From an uncultured Defluviitaleaceae bacterium (GTDB lineage Bacteria > Bacillota > Clostridia > Lachnospirales > CAYPQA01): DNA of 64,000 nucleotides. How positions within the stretch are numbered: the stretch's first letter is position 1; the number at the start of each line of letters is the position of its first letter. The notes beneath the pieces are model-generated. The model was not told the DNA's origin and did no database searches. It worked only from the letters and a program-made list of their open reading frames with translations. The DNA is taken from the NCBI GenBank assembly GCA_964611385.1, contig CAZSXS010000006.1:26-64025 (forward strand), written 5' to 3'. Shown piece by piece: positions 1 to 9,251 of the stretch. The position numbers were made by a program, and so were the translations under genes.

Positions 1-184
1 TCTTTCCCGTTGCAAACCATCCATGTGCATGGGCTGTGGCTGCAATGCTGCAGGGGTTGTATCTTGCCGCATCATTGATTCCAGAAGGGATCGATTGATT
101 GCCATCCTGACGAATAATTTTATACCCTGCAATGGTAGGTTTCCGGGACCATACAAAGGGCAACAAAATGAATGTCTGGGGATT

Positions 185-1816
185 CTATACACATTTGACT
201 CTGCACATCTTACCATAAAATGCTACCCCGACTTTAACTATCCTTTTGCTCTTATCCAAATCTTCTCCATAGCGCTTTAAGCTTATCTGCTCTAATGCCT
301 CTCCCGCTTTAGTCTCTAATTCATTTTTAGTACTACATGACTTAAACTCAAAAATGAAATATTGATCAGGTTTTTCCACAAGAATATCATATCTTCCGTC
401 CCCACTTTTACGGTTAGACAATGGGTATTTACAGCGTACATCGTCATAGGCAGATAATATACCAAGCAAAAAAATGTGGTATATACGTTCACGGGTACGG
501 TTTATATGCTCATCTTTATAAGCAGCCAAATCATGGTAGGATAGCCTGTCGTTTATAAAATACTCCAGATCGTTCGAGAATTCATTAAGATTATTCGCAT
601 GATCAAACAGCGTCCTCAAACGTACTGTGCCGGAGTACAAACTTTTCAGAATAAAATCCTTCCAGACAATAAGCAGTTCCTTGTTGGGCATTGAGAGCAG
701 AACCGTACCCTTCTCTGTCCGTTTTTCGTCAAGCGTTAAGTATCCAGACTGAACCAGGAGAGAATAAAAAGCCTCATCTCCTGTATCACTTGACAATCGT
801 TTCAATGAAATCCTGCTATCTATAAAGACTTCAACTTGTTGACCGTTAAGCAGCCTTGCGAGCGCCAGTTTACGCTCGTCATTCAATATGCTTACAATCA
901 GGTCTAAGGTTCCGCTTTTACCCCAGAAACAGTCAAAATGCCCGATGTCAATATAGGACAGTACCGAGTAAATATTGCATATCAAATGACCATTTATTTT
1001 GATGCCATTATACCATGACTTCACTTCGTCCGTATCAATGGATGTACTTCGCTTTAATTCACCTAGTTCCCTATCCGTCAATCCATAGTCTTCCATGTAA
1101 ACATCATCATCAAACACATCAAAGGTCTTAATATTATTCAGTCCGCTAAACATACTTTCGTGAGAAATCCGCATTACTCCTGTCAGCAGGGCTTTTTCAA
1201 GATATGGGTTACCTTTCAAACCAGTGGATAGTAGTGCTGTTTCAAATTCCTTTATCTCATCATATAGATCAGAATTGTAGTGATCCATTAACAGCTTGTC
1301 GTATTCATCTATCAAGATATAGGAGCGCCTGCCCGTAACCTCATATACCACTTCGGTAAGGAACAGCAATCCATCCGACGCTGCATCAGTGTTACTGATG
1401 AATCTGCTATATCGCCTTTTTAGATAACCCTTAAAATTGTCGGGATTAATAACGGAGCTTAGGTGCTTGTCAATCTGCTCAATGATTTGCTCCTTATAGA
1501 ATTTTGGGCTAAGTCCTTTAAAATCAAAATAAAAAACCGAAGAGGAATTAACCTTACTCCATACAGAGCTTGTTTCAATGTACAATCCCTTGAATAAATG
1601 CCTATAATCTGTTTTATCTGTAAGAAAGCAACGAATCATATCCATGTTTAGGCTTTTACCAAGCCTCCGTTGTCTGGCCACAAGTTGCACGCTGCTTGCC
1701 TCATTCAAAAAATTTTCAATCTGTTTTGTTTTATCAACATAGAGGTTTCCGTTCGTAATCATGCGCTCAAAGGATGATACGCTTAAATCAATTTTTTTAC
1801 TATCCCCAACGATCAT
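185..1816 (-). CDS. AAA-ATPase-like protein with C-terminal PD-(D/E)XK nuclease-like domain
   Basis: The N-terminus ([10 protein letters not shown]...[15 protein letters not shown]) is typical of the predicted AAA-ATPase family. The C-terminal GRYDILVE...IFEFK resembles the PDDEXK_9 motif. ATG at 1816. Confidence 0.7.
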   Translation of the reverse strand: MIVGDSKKIDLSVSSFERMITNGNLYVDKTKQIENFLNEASSVQLVARQRRLGKSLNMDMIRCFLTDKTDYRHLFKGLYIETSSVWSKVNSSSVFYFDFKGLSPKFYKEQIIEQIDKHLSSVINPDNFKGYLKRRYSRFISNTDAASDGLLFLTEVVYEVTGRRSYILIDEYDKLLMDHYNSDLYDEIKEFETALLSTGLKGNPYLEKALLTGVMRISHESMFSGLNNIKTFDVFDDDVYMEDYGLTDRELGELKRSTSIDTDEVKSWYNGIKINGHLICNIYSVLSYIDIGHFDCFWGKSGTLDLIVSILNDERKLALARLLNGQQVEVFIDSRISLKRLSSDTGDEAFYSLLVQSGYLTLDEKRTEKGTVLLSMPNKELLIVWKDFILKSLYSGTVRLRTLFDHANNLNEFSNDLEYFINDRLSYHDLAAYKDEHINRTRERIYHIFLLGILSAYDDVRCKYPLSNRKSGDGRYDILVEKPDQYFIFEFKSCSTKNELETKAGEALEQISLKRYGEDLDKSKRIVKVGVAFYGKMCRVKCV

Positions 1817-1879
1817 TGTTATCCCTCTTTTCTATGCTCATCCGTTTTTGTTTTAGTATATACTAAACAGCAATAAAGT

Positions 1880-1908
1880 AAAGCCCCCATACCATGTATG
1901 GGGGCTTT
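1880..1908 (-). terminator. Hairpin terminator after the sigma-factor gene
   Basis: AAAGCCCCCAT / ATGGGGGCTTT stem, followed on the minus strand by a T-rich stretch. Confidence 0.55.
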
Positions 1909-1919
1909 GCTCTGTTTAC

Positions 1920-3512
1920 TTACTTCTCTAGAATATAACAAGCGACAGGCATTTTTGCTGTTTTTTCCGGTATAATTAAAAATCCCTTATCATAAAGTGC
2001 TTTGAGCAATTCCATTGTTGAGTAAAACATAATTTCAGTAGCCGTGTATCCTTTTGCATATTCTTTCAATCGAGGGGGTAAGGTTGCTTTGACTATCCTT
2101 GTTAGGTTCTCAAAAATTTCCTTGCAATGCGGCTGAATGAAGGTAGATAATTCTGCATTGATCTCATCAAAAATCTTCTGTGCTTTTTTCGTTGTTACCG
2201 CCACATCACAAATAAGCTTTTCTCCTCTTTTCAGTATATATCCCTGCTCGATAAGTTCTGCATATAGTTCCTTGTCCGTATCTTTGGTTTCCCCAAGATA
2301 GGCATCATAAAGTGCTTGCGCTTTTGGAACACTTCTCAATTCATCTTGATGATGGTATTTGCCAAATATACAAACATCCGTAGGGTAAACAGTACATTTT
2401 TCAAGAAAGGTGGGTGTGCGTCCTGCTCCCCATACAGGCTTTGCTTCTTCCGCAGCAAAGATAAACGCCCTTGCTCCGCAAGATAGGATAACAGGATAAT
2501 CGGCATCGGAAAGCTTTAAAAGAGAAGGATCGAAATCAATAATGCCTGTCATTAAATGCCATGCATATCGGCTATCCTCTGCTTCGTACTTGAAAATACC
2601 AGAGGATCTAAGCTGCGGCAAATATTGAGTAAACAGTTCTATAACCTTTGGAGCATATGTCTTCATAAGGTTTTCAAATTGTAATTTGACTTGCTTTAAG
2701 CTTTCTTTTTTCAGGATGAAGAAATGGGTACGATATTTGCCCTTGGACTGTTCTATGATTGTTCCCGACTCTACTAACAGGCTGATTTCGTCTTCTATAT
2801 ACACTGCCGGAGTGCCGGTTTGAAGTGAAATTTCACTGATGTTTTGCACCTTATCATAACAAATAAGAGCAATTTGGCAAGGAAGTTTACGTTGATATAC
2901 CTTCCAAATATTAACTCCTGAAAAATCAATTCCGGAATAGTAAATGGAAAAATCGGATGGATTATAGCTTTTTTCACCTGTGGTGTCATCCATTATAAAT
3001 GCCTCCTTAAGCTGCTTTCTGCCCTTTGACAGATAAAACTTTACCATTTCAACAGATATACAAAGCTTTGTAGCGATTTCGGCAATGCTCATTTCTTCAA
3101 AATAAAAATAAACGAGGCAGCGGCGGTACAGTGATGAAAGAAACGACAGCTTTTTGCGTAAAAGTCCCATTTCCTCTGTCTGCATGAGTGTAACAAGCAT
3201 ATTTTCAGAACTGTCCGATATTTGCCCAATATATTCAATGTTTTCATCAAGAGTGATCTTTCTGTTCTTGTGAAGCCAGCGCTTGTAGGTGTTATGAGCG
3301 ATTGACCATAGGTATGCGTTGAAGTTTTCACTGCATTTATTTCTGTGAATCGCTTTTACACATTCCAAAGCAATTTCTTGCGACAACTCCTCAGCTTCGT
3401 TTACCGTACTCGTCCGTTTATGAGCAAAGGCCAAAAATGCTTCAAGGTATTCATTTGCCAATAGATCAAGTTTATTTTTGATTACGTCTTCCAAGAACAT
3501 CCCTCCTTCCAA
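1920..3512 (-). CDS. Sigma-70 family (ECF-like) sigma factor with a C-terminal extension of about 350 aa of unknown function
   Basis: Region 2-like NAYLWSIAHNTYKRWL and region 4 HTH MSIAEIATKLCISVEMVKFYLSKGRKQLKE lie within the first 175 aa or so. The remainder is not recognised. Confidence 0.7.
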   Translation of the reverse strand: MEGGMFLEDVIKNKLDLLANEYLEAFLAFAHKRTSTVNEAEELSQEIALECVKAIHRNKCSENFNAYLWSIAHNTYKRWLHKNRKITLDENIEYIGQISDSSENMLVTLMQTEEMGLLRKKLSFLSSLYRRCLVYFYFEEMSIAEIATKLCISVEMVKFYLSKGRKQLKEAFIMDDTTGEKSYNPSDFSIYYSGIDFSGVNIWKVYQRKLPCQIALICYDKVQNISEISLQTGTPAVYIEDEISLLVESGTIIEQSKGKYRTHFFILKKESLKQVKLQFENLMKTYAPKVIELFTQYLPQLRSSGIFKYEAEDSRYAWHLMTGIIDFDPSLLKLSDADYPVILSCGARAFIFAAEEAKPVWGAGRTPTFLEKCTVYPTDVCIFGKYHHQDELRSVPKAQALYDAYLGETKDTDKELYAELIEQGYILKRGEKLICDVAVTTKKAQKIFDEINAELSTFIQPHCKEIFENLTRIVKATLPPRLKEYAKGYTATEIMFYSTMELLKALYDKGFLIIPEKTAKMPVACYILEK

Positions 3513-3594
3513 AGCCTTGTATAAGCATTCATTGTGCGCACAATTTTACTTACACCTATATAGTAACTTTAAGCAATGAAAAGATAAGCGAATT

Positions 3595-4305
3595 CTAAAT
3601 ATTAATTCTGTTATTGTAATCCAGTGGAAGTCGATCCTCATAGATGTGGGACAAATCCGATAAGCAAAGGCATTTAGGGGTTGTCAGTCCATTGGTATGA
3701 TTTTCAAAATGCAAAATTGTTATGCTCGATAGGGATAAGTCAAACGTTGCCCAAAAAATCTGCGGAGGTATGGCTAAAAGCTGGGAAAGCCAAGTCAAAC
3801 CAAAGCCCTGATGACAGAAAACTGCAACCCGCTTATCGTTCGGTTCGAGAATTTTGTAAATACAACCCTGCCGCTCATATCCTAACCGCTTTAAAAAAGC
3901 ATCCGAATCACGTTCGATCCGCTCATAGCCAATACGAGCCCCCGGTACATGCTGAAAGCACTCCAAGGTCTCCCACCCCTGATACAGATTGATTGTATCG
4001 TCATTTTTGTAGTTTGTGTTCTGCTGTGAGAAACACCAGTTTTTATTCCCAGCCGCGTTGACTCCGGCCAACTGATCCCAAGCCAGTTGCTCACTGCACC
4101 ACTCCTCAATCATGCATGTCTTGTTTAGTAATTCACAGGTAGGCTGGGCGGTCTCCCTAGCTCGTCCCATGGGTGAGCTGTAAATTTCGTCAAGACCATG
4201 CACCGCTAAGCGCCTTGCAACTGCCTCTGCTTGCCTCTTGCCCTTCGGCGTTAAGCAATCGTCTCGGTAATTTGGATCTCCATGGCGAATGATATACAAT
4301 AACAT
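3595..4305 (-). CDS. Histidine phosphatase family protein (phosphoglycerate-mutase-like)
   Basis: N-terminal LLYIIRHGD (RHG catalytic motif) and GRARETA. A GGAGG RBS lies upstream of the ATG at 4305. Confidence 0.8.
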   Translation of the reverse strand: MLLYIIRHGDPNYRDDCLTPKGKRQAEAVARRLAVHGLDEIYSSPMGRARETAQPTCELLNKTCMIEEWCSEQLAWDQLAGVNAAGNKNWCFSQQNTNYKNDDTINLYQGWETLECFQHVPGARIGYERIERDSDAFLKRLGYERQGCIYKILEPNDKRVAVFCHQGFGLTWLSQLLAIPPQIFWATFDLSLSSITILHFENHTNGLTTPKCLCLSDLSHIYEDRLPLDYNNRINI

Positions 4306-4591
4306 TTTTAGTCCTCCCTATTTTCTGTATCATTTTGGATTCGTTTTCTCTGACAGTGATTATAAGTCAAATTAGCAAGTGACTCAAGGCATATTGGTAA
4401 TTTCTCTCCAGAGAGCCACAGCATATTTGAGATCAATAAACTGGATTCCTATAGGGTGGAGCTTAACCTCGAAGCCGAAAAAAATTTAGCGTCTGCAAGT
4501 AAGCTGAAAACAGATTATGAGAAGGTCAAATACGTGCACGACCGATTGGTAGAATGAATTACCTATCAATTAAGTCATTATTAAAACGCAA

Positions 4592-4629
4592 ACAGAGGGG
4601 TAACAGAATTGATTCTGCTACCCCTCTGT
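4592..4629. terminator. Bidirectional hairpin terminator
   Basis: ACAGAGGGGTA...TACCCCTCTGT stem with T-rich runs on both sides. It lies just downstream of the 4640..4882 minus-strand ORF. Confidence 0.6.
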
Positions 4630-4639
4630 TTTATTGTAC

Positions 4640-4882
4640 TTATAACAAAGACCTTGATCCTACTTGACGTTTTTCAGCATTCTGAGCTTCCATCTGCTTT
4701 ATATTTTCCATAATTCTGCTAATCACCGCCAACTTTTGCTCCATTGTAAAAGTTGATTGATTGAGCCTGCATTCAATGATTTGAGAATGGAATTCCGCAA
4801 TCCTGCCAGATAAGTTTTGAGAATTTTTGTCTTCAACCTTATGTATGATCATGTTTTGTATTTGGGCTTTTTTCATGTTCAT
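4640..4882 (-). CDS. Hypothetical small protein (80 aa)
   Basis: An ORF with an upstream GAGGGG-type RBS and a downstream terminator. No recognisable family. Confidence 0.4.
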   Translation of the reverse strand: MNMKKAQIQNMIIHKVEDKNSQNLSGRIAEFHSQIIECRLNQSTFTMEQKLAVISRIMENIKQMEAQNAEKRQVGSRSLL

Positions 4883-5030
4883 ACCCCTCAGTAAGTGCTG
4901 AATACATCCTATGAAAAGCTTAGTTTGTCTTATGACAGACAGCTCAAGTAATAATAGGCGGGGAAGTCATATTGAGGAAATGCGGCTAATATACTGTGAA
5001 CAAAGTCACACTGTTCAAGAGGTGAATACC

Positions 5031-6671
5031 TTGCGGATAGCAATATACAGTCGCAAATCCGTCTATACTGGTAAAGGTGATTCGATCGAAAATCAAATCG
5101 AAATGTGTAAACAATATATCGCTTCAAAGCTAAGCGGCATCACCGAACAGGATATCAGCATCTATGAGGACGAGGGTTTTTCCGCCAAAAACACAGACAG
5201 GCCGCAGTTTCAGAAGTTACTTAAGGAGATCAAGCTCAAGCGGATCGATACGGTTGTGTGCTACCGTCTTGACAGAATCAGCCGTAATGTCAGTGATTTT
5301 GCCGCACTGATTGAGGAGTTAAACCAGCTCAATGTATCCTTTATCTGTATAAAAGAGGAGTTTGACACTTCAAAGCCCATGGGCAAGGCCATGATGTTTA
5401 TAGCCTCTGTTTTCGCTCAGCTTGAGCGTGAAACCTTAGCAGAGCGTGTTCGTGATAATATGTTCATGTTGGCGAGAACAGGTCGTTGGTTAGGCGGTAC
5501 GGCTCCTACAGGCTTTGTATCTGAGACTATAGAAAAGATTGATATAGACGGTAAAACAAAAAGCACCTGTAAACTAAAGTTTGATCCAGTAGAGATAGAA
5601 ATTGTAAAAATCCTATTTCAAAAATTCATGGAGCTTCAATCCATTTCAGCTGTAAGCAAGTATTTAATTGAAGCCAATCTTAGGTCAAGAACAGGCAAAT
5701 GGTATTCTCTGTTAGGCATTAAGCAAATTTTAGAAAATCCTGTTTATTGTATCGCAGATTCAGACGCAAGAGCTTACTTCATTGCGCAGGACTCAGATGT
5801 CTGCTTCAAGGAAGAAGACTGCTCCGACCGGCTAGGTCTATTATCCTATAATAAACGTGACCATAAGAAAAAACACGCACCTCGTCAAGCCAAATCTGAA
5901 TGGATCATTGCGATAGGGAAACATGAGGGGATCATAAGCGGGAAGCAATGGGTGAGCATTCAAACCATACTGGAAGCCAACAAACCTACCGCCCGCCAAC
6001 AAACTGAAAATCCTGTCGCTAAAATGCATAACGGCTATTCGCTGCTTTCAGGCATGATCTTTTGCAGGAAATGCGGGAGCAAAATGTTTGCAAATACGCG
6101 TAAGGGTAAATGTAACAAGCAATTGTTTGATTATGTATGCAAAACTAAGCTGCTCGGTGGCAAAAAGCTCTGTGACAGCAAAAATCTGAACGGGCAGCAA
6201 ACAGATGAGCTTGTTTGTAATTACTTGACGGACTTTACATACGAAAGCCTCCAAACCCACATGCTCCTTCACAAACTGAAAAAATCTCTGCAGAGCCAAG
6301 AACAAGCAAACCCTTTAGCGGAGCTTGAGCTCAAAATTCACAAATGTAATTGCGAAATGGAAAATTTAATTCGCACCTTAACACAGCCTAATCTTGTACA
6401 AGCGTTGATACAAGCTGTGAATGCAAAAGTTTCTACACTTTCAGCAGAGCTTGACAAGCTCAATTCTGAGAAAGAACGCTTGCTCAACGCTATAAATCCA
6501 CCATCCGATAGGGAACTCCAGCTAGATCAATTCTCCAATACCCTTTCAAGCCTAAAGTCTTGCCTGAAGGATTTAACAATTCAAGAAAAACGCACACTCG
6601 TGAAGCTGTTCATTCAAAAACTAGAATGGGATGGCTCCGATCTCCATCTTTTTACATACGCTGAATCATAA
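5031..6671 (+). CDS. Large serine recombinase (resolvase N-domain, recombinase domain, zinc ribbon, coiled-coil tail)
   Basis: A TTG start at 5031 gives MRIAIYSRKS, with the catalytic Ser in the canonical position, and is preceded by AAGAGGTG at a 6-nt spacing. Other motifs are YRLDRISRN, a Cys-rich segment (CRKCGSKM...CKTK...CDSK) and a C-terminal coiled coil. Confidence 0.85.
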   Translation: MRIAIYSRKSVYTGKGDSIENQIEMCKQYIASKLSGITEQDISIYEDEGFSAKNTDRPQFQKLLKEIKLKRIDTVVCYRLDRISRNVSDFAALIEELNQLNVSFICIKEEFDTSKPMGKAMMFIASVFAQLERETLAERVRDNMFMLARTGRWLGGTAPTGFVSETIEKIDIDGKTKSTCKLKFDPVEIEIVKILFQKFMELQSISAVSKYLIEANLRSRTGKWYSLLGIKQILENPVYCIADSDARAYFIAQDSDVCFKEEDCSDRLGLLSYNKRDHKKKHAPRQAKSEWIIAIGKHEGIISGKQWVSIQTILEANKPTARQQTENPVAKMHNGYSLLSGMIFCRKCGSKMFANTRKGKCNKQLFDYVCKTKLLGGKKLCDSKNLNGQQTDELVCNYLTDFTYESLQTHMLLHKLKKSLQSQEQANPLAELELKIHKCNCEMENLIRTLTQPNLVQALIQAVNAKVSTLSAELDKLNSEKERLLNAINPPSDRELQLDQFSNTLSSLKSCLKDLTIQEKRTLVKLFIQKLEWDGSDLHLFTYAES

Positions 6672-6750
6672 GATTCCGATCTCCATCTTTTTACATACAC
6701 TGAATCATAAAGCTCCGATCTCTATCTTTTTACATACGCTGAATCGTAGA
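6634..6750 (+). repeat. Tandem repeat, 3 copies of a 39-bp unit spanning the recombinase stop codon
   Basis: CCGATCTCCATCTTTTTACATACGCTGAATCATAA recurs with a period of exactly 39 (CCGA at 6637, 6676 and 6715), with 1-3 substitutions per copy. Each copy ends in an in-frame stop. Confidence 0.9.
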
Positions 6751-6751
6751 C

Positions 6752-7498
6752 CCCCAAAATCCCCCTTTCTATGGTTGCGGATTTCCGGGACTGATCTTGA
6801 TTTCTACCCTCTTCTTTGCCACAGGATATTCCTTAACGGTTGCACTCAGCATCTTTGTCATAATCGTCCTGGCGGTTTTGACTACGCTGGTAGTTTCCAA
6901 GCTTCTGTCCATGACCATCTTAAAAGGAGAGCCTTCTCACTTTATGATGGAACTGCCCCCTTACCGAAGGCCAAAAGTGTTGCAGGTCATTGCAAGAAGT
7001 GTGGTAGACAAAACGCTAACGGTCTTGGGGCGGGCGGTTGCAGTGGCAGCACCAGCCGGTATTTTGATCTGGCTGCTGCAAAACATTACCATAGACCAAA
7101 TTCCGCTCCTTGGCCACATCAGTGCCTTTTTAAACCCCTTAGCACAATTGATGGGATTGGACGGGGTCATTCTGGCAGCCTTTATCATCGGGATACCGGC
7201 CAACGAAATTGTGATTCCCATCATACTCATGTGTTACTTGGGGAGTGGCAGCCTGCATGAAGTCAGTTCCTTACAGGAACTTGGACAGCTTTTGATCCAA
7301 AACGGGTGGACGCTAAAAACAGCCGTCTGTACTATTTTATTTTCCTTAAACCATTTCCCGTGTGCTACCACTCTTTTGACAATAAAAAAGGAGACCAATA
7401 GCTTTCTATGGTCTTCCTTAGCGTTTCTGATTCCGACAGCAGCCGGAATGCTTTTGTGCTTCATTACGGCTTTCCTTTTTGGAATATTTGGTTATTAA
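6752..7498 (+). pseudogene. feoB: 3' fragment of feoB (C-terminal membrane half only)
   Basis: FeoB C-terminal hallmarks are present: MELPPYRRP, LMGLDGVILAAFIIGIPANEIVIPI and FSLNHFPCATTLLTIKKETN. There is no G-domain, no ATG and no RBS. The frame is open back only to 6743. Confidence 0.75.
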
Positions 7499-7504
7499 TC
7501 TCGT

Positions 7505-8272
7505 TTAATTGGCTTTTCTTTCCAGGCGCAACCGGTCAGCGATCAGGGCAATAAATTCACTGTTGGTGGGCTTGCCCTTATGCGTGTTGACCGTGTATCC
7601 GAAAAGTTTATCTATGGCATCAATTTTACCGCGGCTCCAAGCCACCTCTATGGCATGGCGAATCGCTCTTTCTACTCGGCTGGGAGTCGTGTTGCATTTT
7701 TTGGCGACGGTAGGATAAAGCTCTTTTGTGATATAATTGAGAACATCAATGTCCTCCACAGACATAATAATAGCCTCTCGCATGAAATTGTAGCCGCGAA
7801 TATGCGCGGGGACACCAATATCATGAAGAATATTGGTTACCTTCTTTTCCAATGTAAAGGGGTCTCTCTTGCTGTACAGGCTAGTATCTTTGATCATTTC
7901 CTTAAGTTGTCTGATACGGGTAATTAAAATATCCATATCAAAAGGTTTTGCTATGTAGTACTCAGCCCCCAATTCAAGCGCACGCTGTGTTGTTTTCTCC
8001 TGTGTCATAGCGGATAATATGATGCAGAGGGGCAAGTTTGGGAAGCTTGAGCCTTGTAGCTTATTCATTCTCTCTAAAACGCCAATCCCGTCCAGCTTGG
8101 GCATAATGATATCTAAAATTAATATGTCCGGTTTCAGCTCAATGGTCTTCTCCAAAGCGGTAATCCCATCATAGGCAACACCAATCAGCTCAATATCTTC
8201 CTGTTTCTCCAGGCATGAACTCACCACATCACAAAAATCCTTGTTGTCGTCCGCCAAAAATACCTTAATCAT
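7505..8272 (-). CDS. spo0A: Sporulation master regulator Spo0A
   Basis: A receiver domain (DDN...D...PKLDG) plus the Spo0A-specific C-terminus [18 protein letters not shown]...[18 protein letters not shown]. Confidence 0.9.
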   Translation of the reverse strand: MIKVFLADDNKDFCDVVSSCLEKQEDIELIGVAYDGITALEKTIELKPDILILDIIMPKLDGIGVLERMNKLQGSSFPNLPLCIILSAMTQEKTTQRALELGAEYYIAKPFDMDILITRIRQLKEMIKDTSLYSKRDPFTLEKKVTNILHDIGVPAHIRGYNFMREAIIMSVEDIDVLNYITKELYPTVAKKCNTTPSRVERAIRHAIEVAWSRGKIDAIDKLFGYTVNTHKGKPTNSEFIALIADRLRLERKAN

Positions 8273-8447
8273 AAAAATTCCTCCTTCATAGATATGGGCA
8301 TAAAAATAAGTTTTATATAAATTACATATTTATATAAAAATGGAAATATTTGGTAAATAGTATCATATGGCTTTGATTTTTGCAAGAAGAAGATTAATAC
8401 ATTATACCCATTATAAAGACAGCGTATTGTAACAATTATTTACATAA

Positions 8448-8454
8448 TTCGACA
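8448..8454 (-). promoter_or_regulatory. Candidate 0A box (TGTCGAA) upstream of spo0A
   Basis: An exact TGTCGAA on the spo0A strand, about 175 nt upstream of the start. This is a single 7-mer, so chance occurrence is possible. Confidence 0.3.
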
Positions 8455-8768
8455 TATTGTTTGATTTATATTATAACATATGGTTTGAAAAAATGAAAGA
8501 GGCCAATGCATATTTACTGTAAACGGCTTATATTTACTCTTAGTCTACTAATAAGTACATTAAGCGGAAAACTCGTTGTAAGGAATATGATCTTTTTTGA
8601 TTAATCGGCATGGAAGAAACTCCTTTTTGAGTAAGTGTTGTGTGTGTGCTAAAATTCATCAATACTACGACTTTTAAGTGTTTTCGAGTATAACGGAGAG
8701 AAAAAAGTTGCTGCTGTTAGGAATGTTTTGTAAATTCATTTCGAAAATAAGGTTAAATGAATTGGCCT

Positions 8769-8813
8769 AAAAAGGGGAAAGGCTTTTCTGAACCGCGAAA
8801 AAGCCTTTCCCCT
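8769..8813 (-). terminator. Rho-independent terminator after rplL
   Basis: AGGGGAAAGGCTTT / AAAGCCTTTCCCCT stem followed by a T-run on the minus strand. Confidence 0.75.
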
Positions 8814-8828
8814 TATTTCGGTGCGTTT

Positions 8829-9209
8829 TTACTTAAGTGTAACCTTTGCGCCAATTTCTTCCAATTTGGCTTTAAGGGCATCGGCCTCAGCCTTTTGAAC
8901 AGCCTCTTTAAGCATTTTGGGTGGGTTGTCAACCAGGTCCTTTGCTTCCTTAAGACCAAGTCCGGTAACTTCACGAACAATCTTAATGACCTTAATCTTT
9001 TCTGCACCGGTTTCGGTCAGCTCAACGTCAAACTCTGTCTTCTCTTCTACAGCTTCAGCTGCGGCAGCAGGAGCGCCAGATGCAACAACCATACCAGCTG
9101 CTGCGGATACGCCGAAGGTTTCCTCAGACTTCTTTACAAGCTCGTTCAGCTCAAGAACGGTCAGCTCGCTAATTGCACTGATGATTTCATCAATTGTTAA
9201 CTTTGCCAT
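8829..9209 (-). CDS. rplL: 50S ribosomal protein L7/L12
   Basis: Canonical L7/L12 sequence, with an Ala-rich hinge and C-terminal KEAKDLV...GAKVTLK. Confidence 0.95.
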   Translation of the reverse strand: MAKLTIDEIISAISELTVLELNELVKKSEETFGVSAAAGMVVASGAPAAAAEAVEEKTEFDVELTETGAEKIKVIKIVREVTGLGLKEAKDLVDNPPKMLKEAVQKAEADALKAKLEEIGAKVTLK

Positions 9210-9251
9210 GTTTAATCCTCCATATTTTTACTTTCTCATTTTATTTTTACA

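Larger units (their letters stand above)
1..6750. mobile_element. Right-hand end of an integrated element carrying a large serine recombinase; the left boundary lies outside the window
   Basis: The recombinase gene reads toward a junction with a truncated feoB. A tandem repeat sits at the junction. Cargo-like genes lie on the opposite strand and are visibly AT-richer than the neighbours. Confidence 0.55.

Noticed and set aside
1-166. Open minus-strand frame at the left window edge (…[50 protein letters not shown]…)
   Set aside because: It looks protein-like, but only 55 codons are visible. The only possible starts are TTG without an RBS, directly after the stop of the upstream gene. It cannot be assigned from this window.
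4380-4560. Possible C-terminal gene remnant (…LDSYRVELNLEAEKNLASASKLKTDYEKVKYVHDRLVE*) between the phosphatase gene and a terminator
   Set aside because: It is short, has no start or RBS, and no family is recognisable. It may be a decayed cargo gene, but this is not supportable.
4911-5030. N-terminal 40-aa extension of the recombinase ORF
   Set aside because: The resolvase domain starts with MRIAIYSRKS at the TTG at 5031, which has a well-spaced AAGAGGTG RBS. The extension has no homology-like features.
6631-7260. 209-aa plus-strand ORF beginning with a repeated PISIFLHTLNH peptide
   Set aside because: It is an out-of-frame translation of the 39-bp tandem repeat running into feoB in the wrong frame. 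The feoB frame (6797..7498) carries the conserved motifs.
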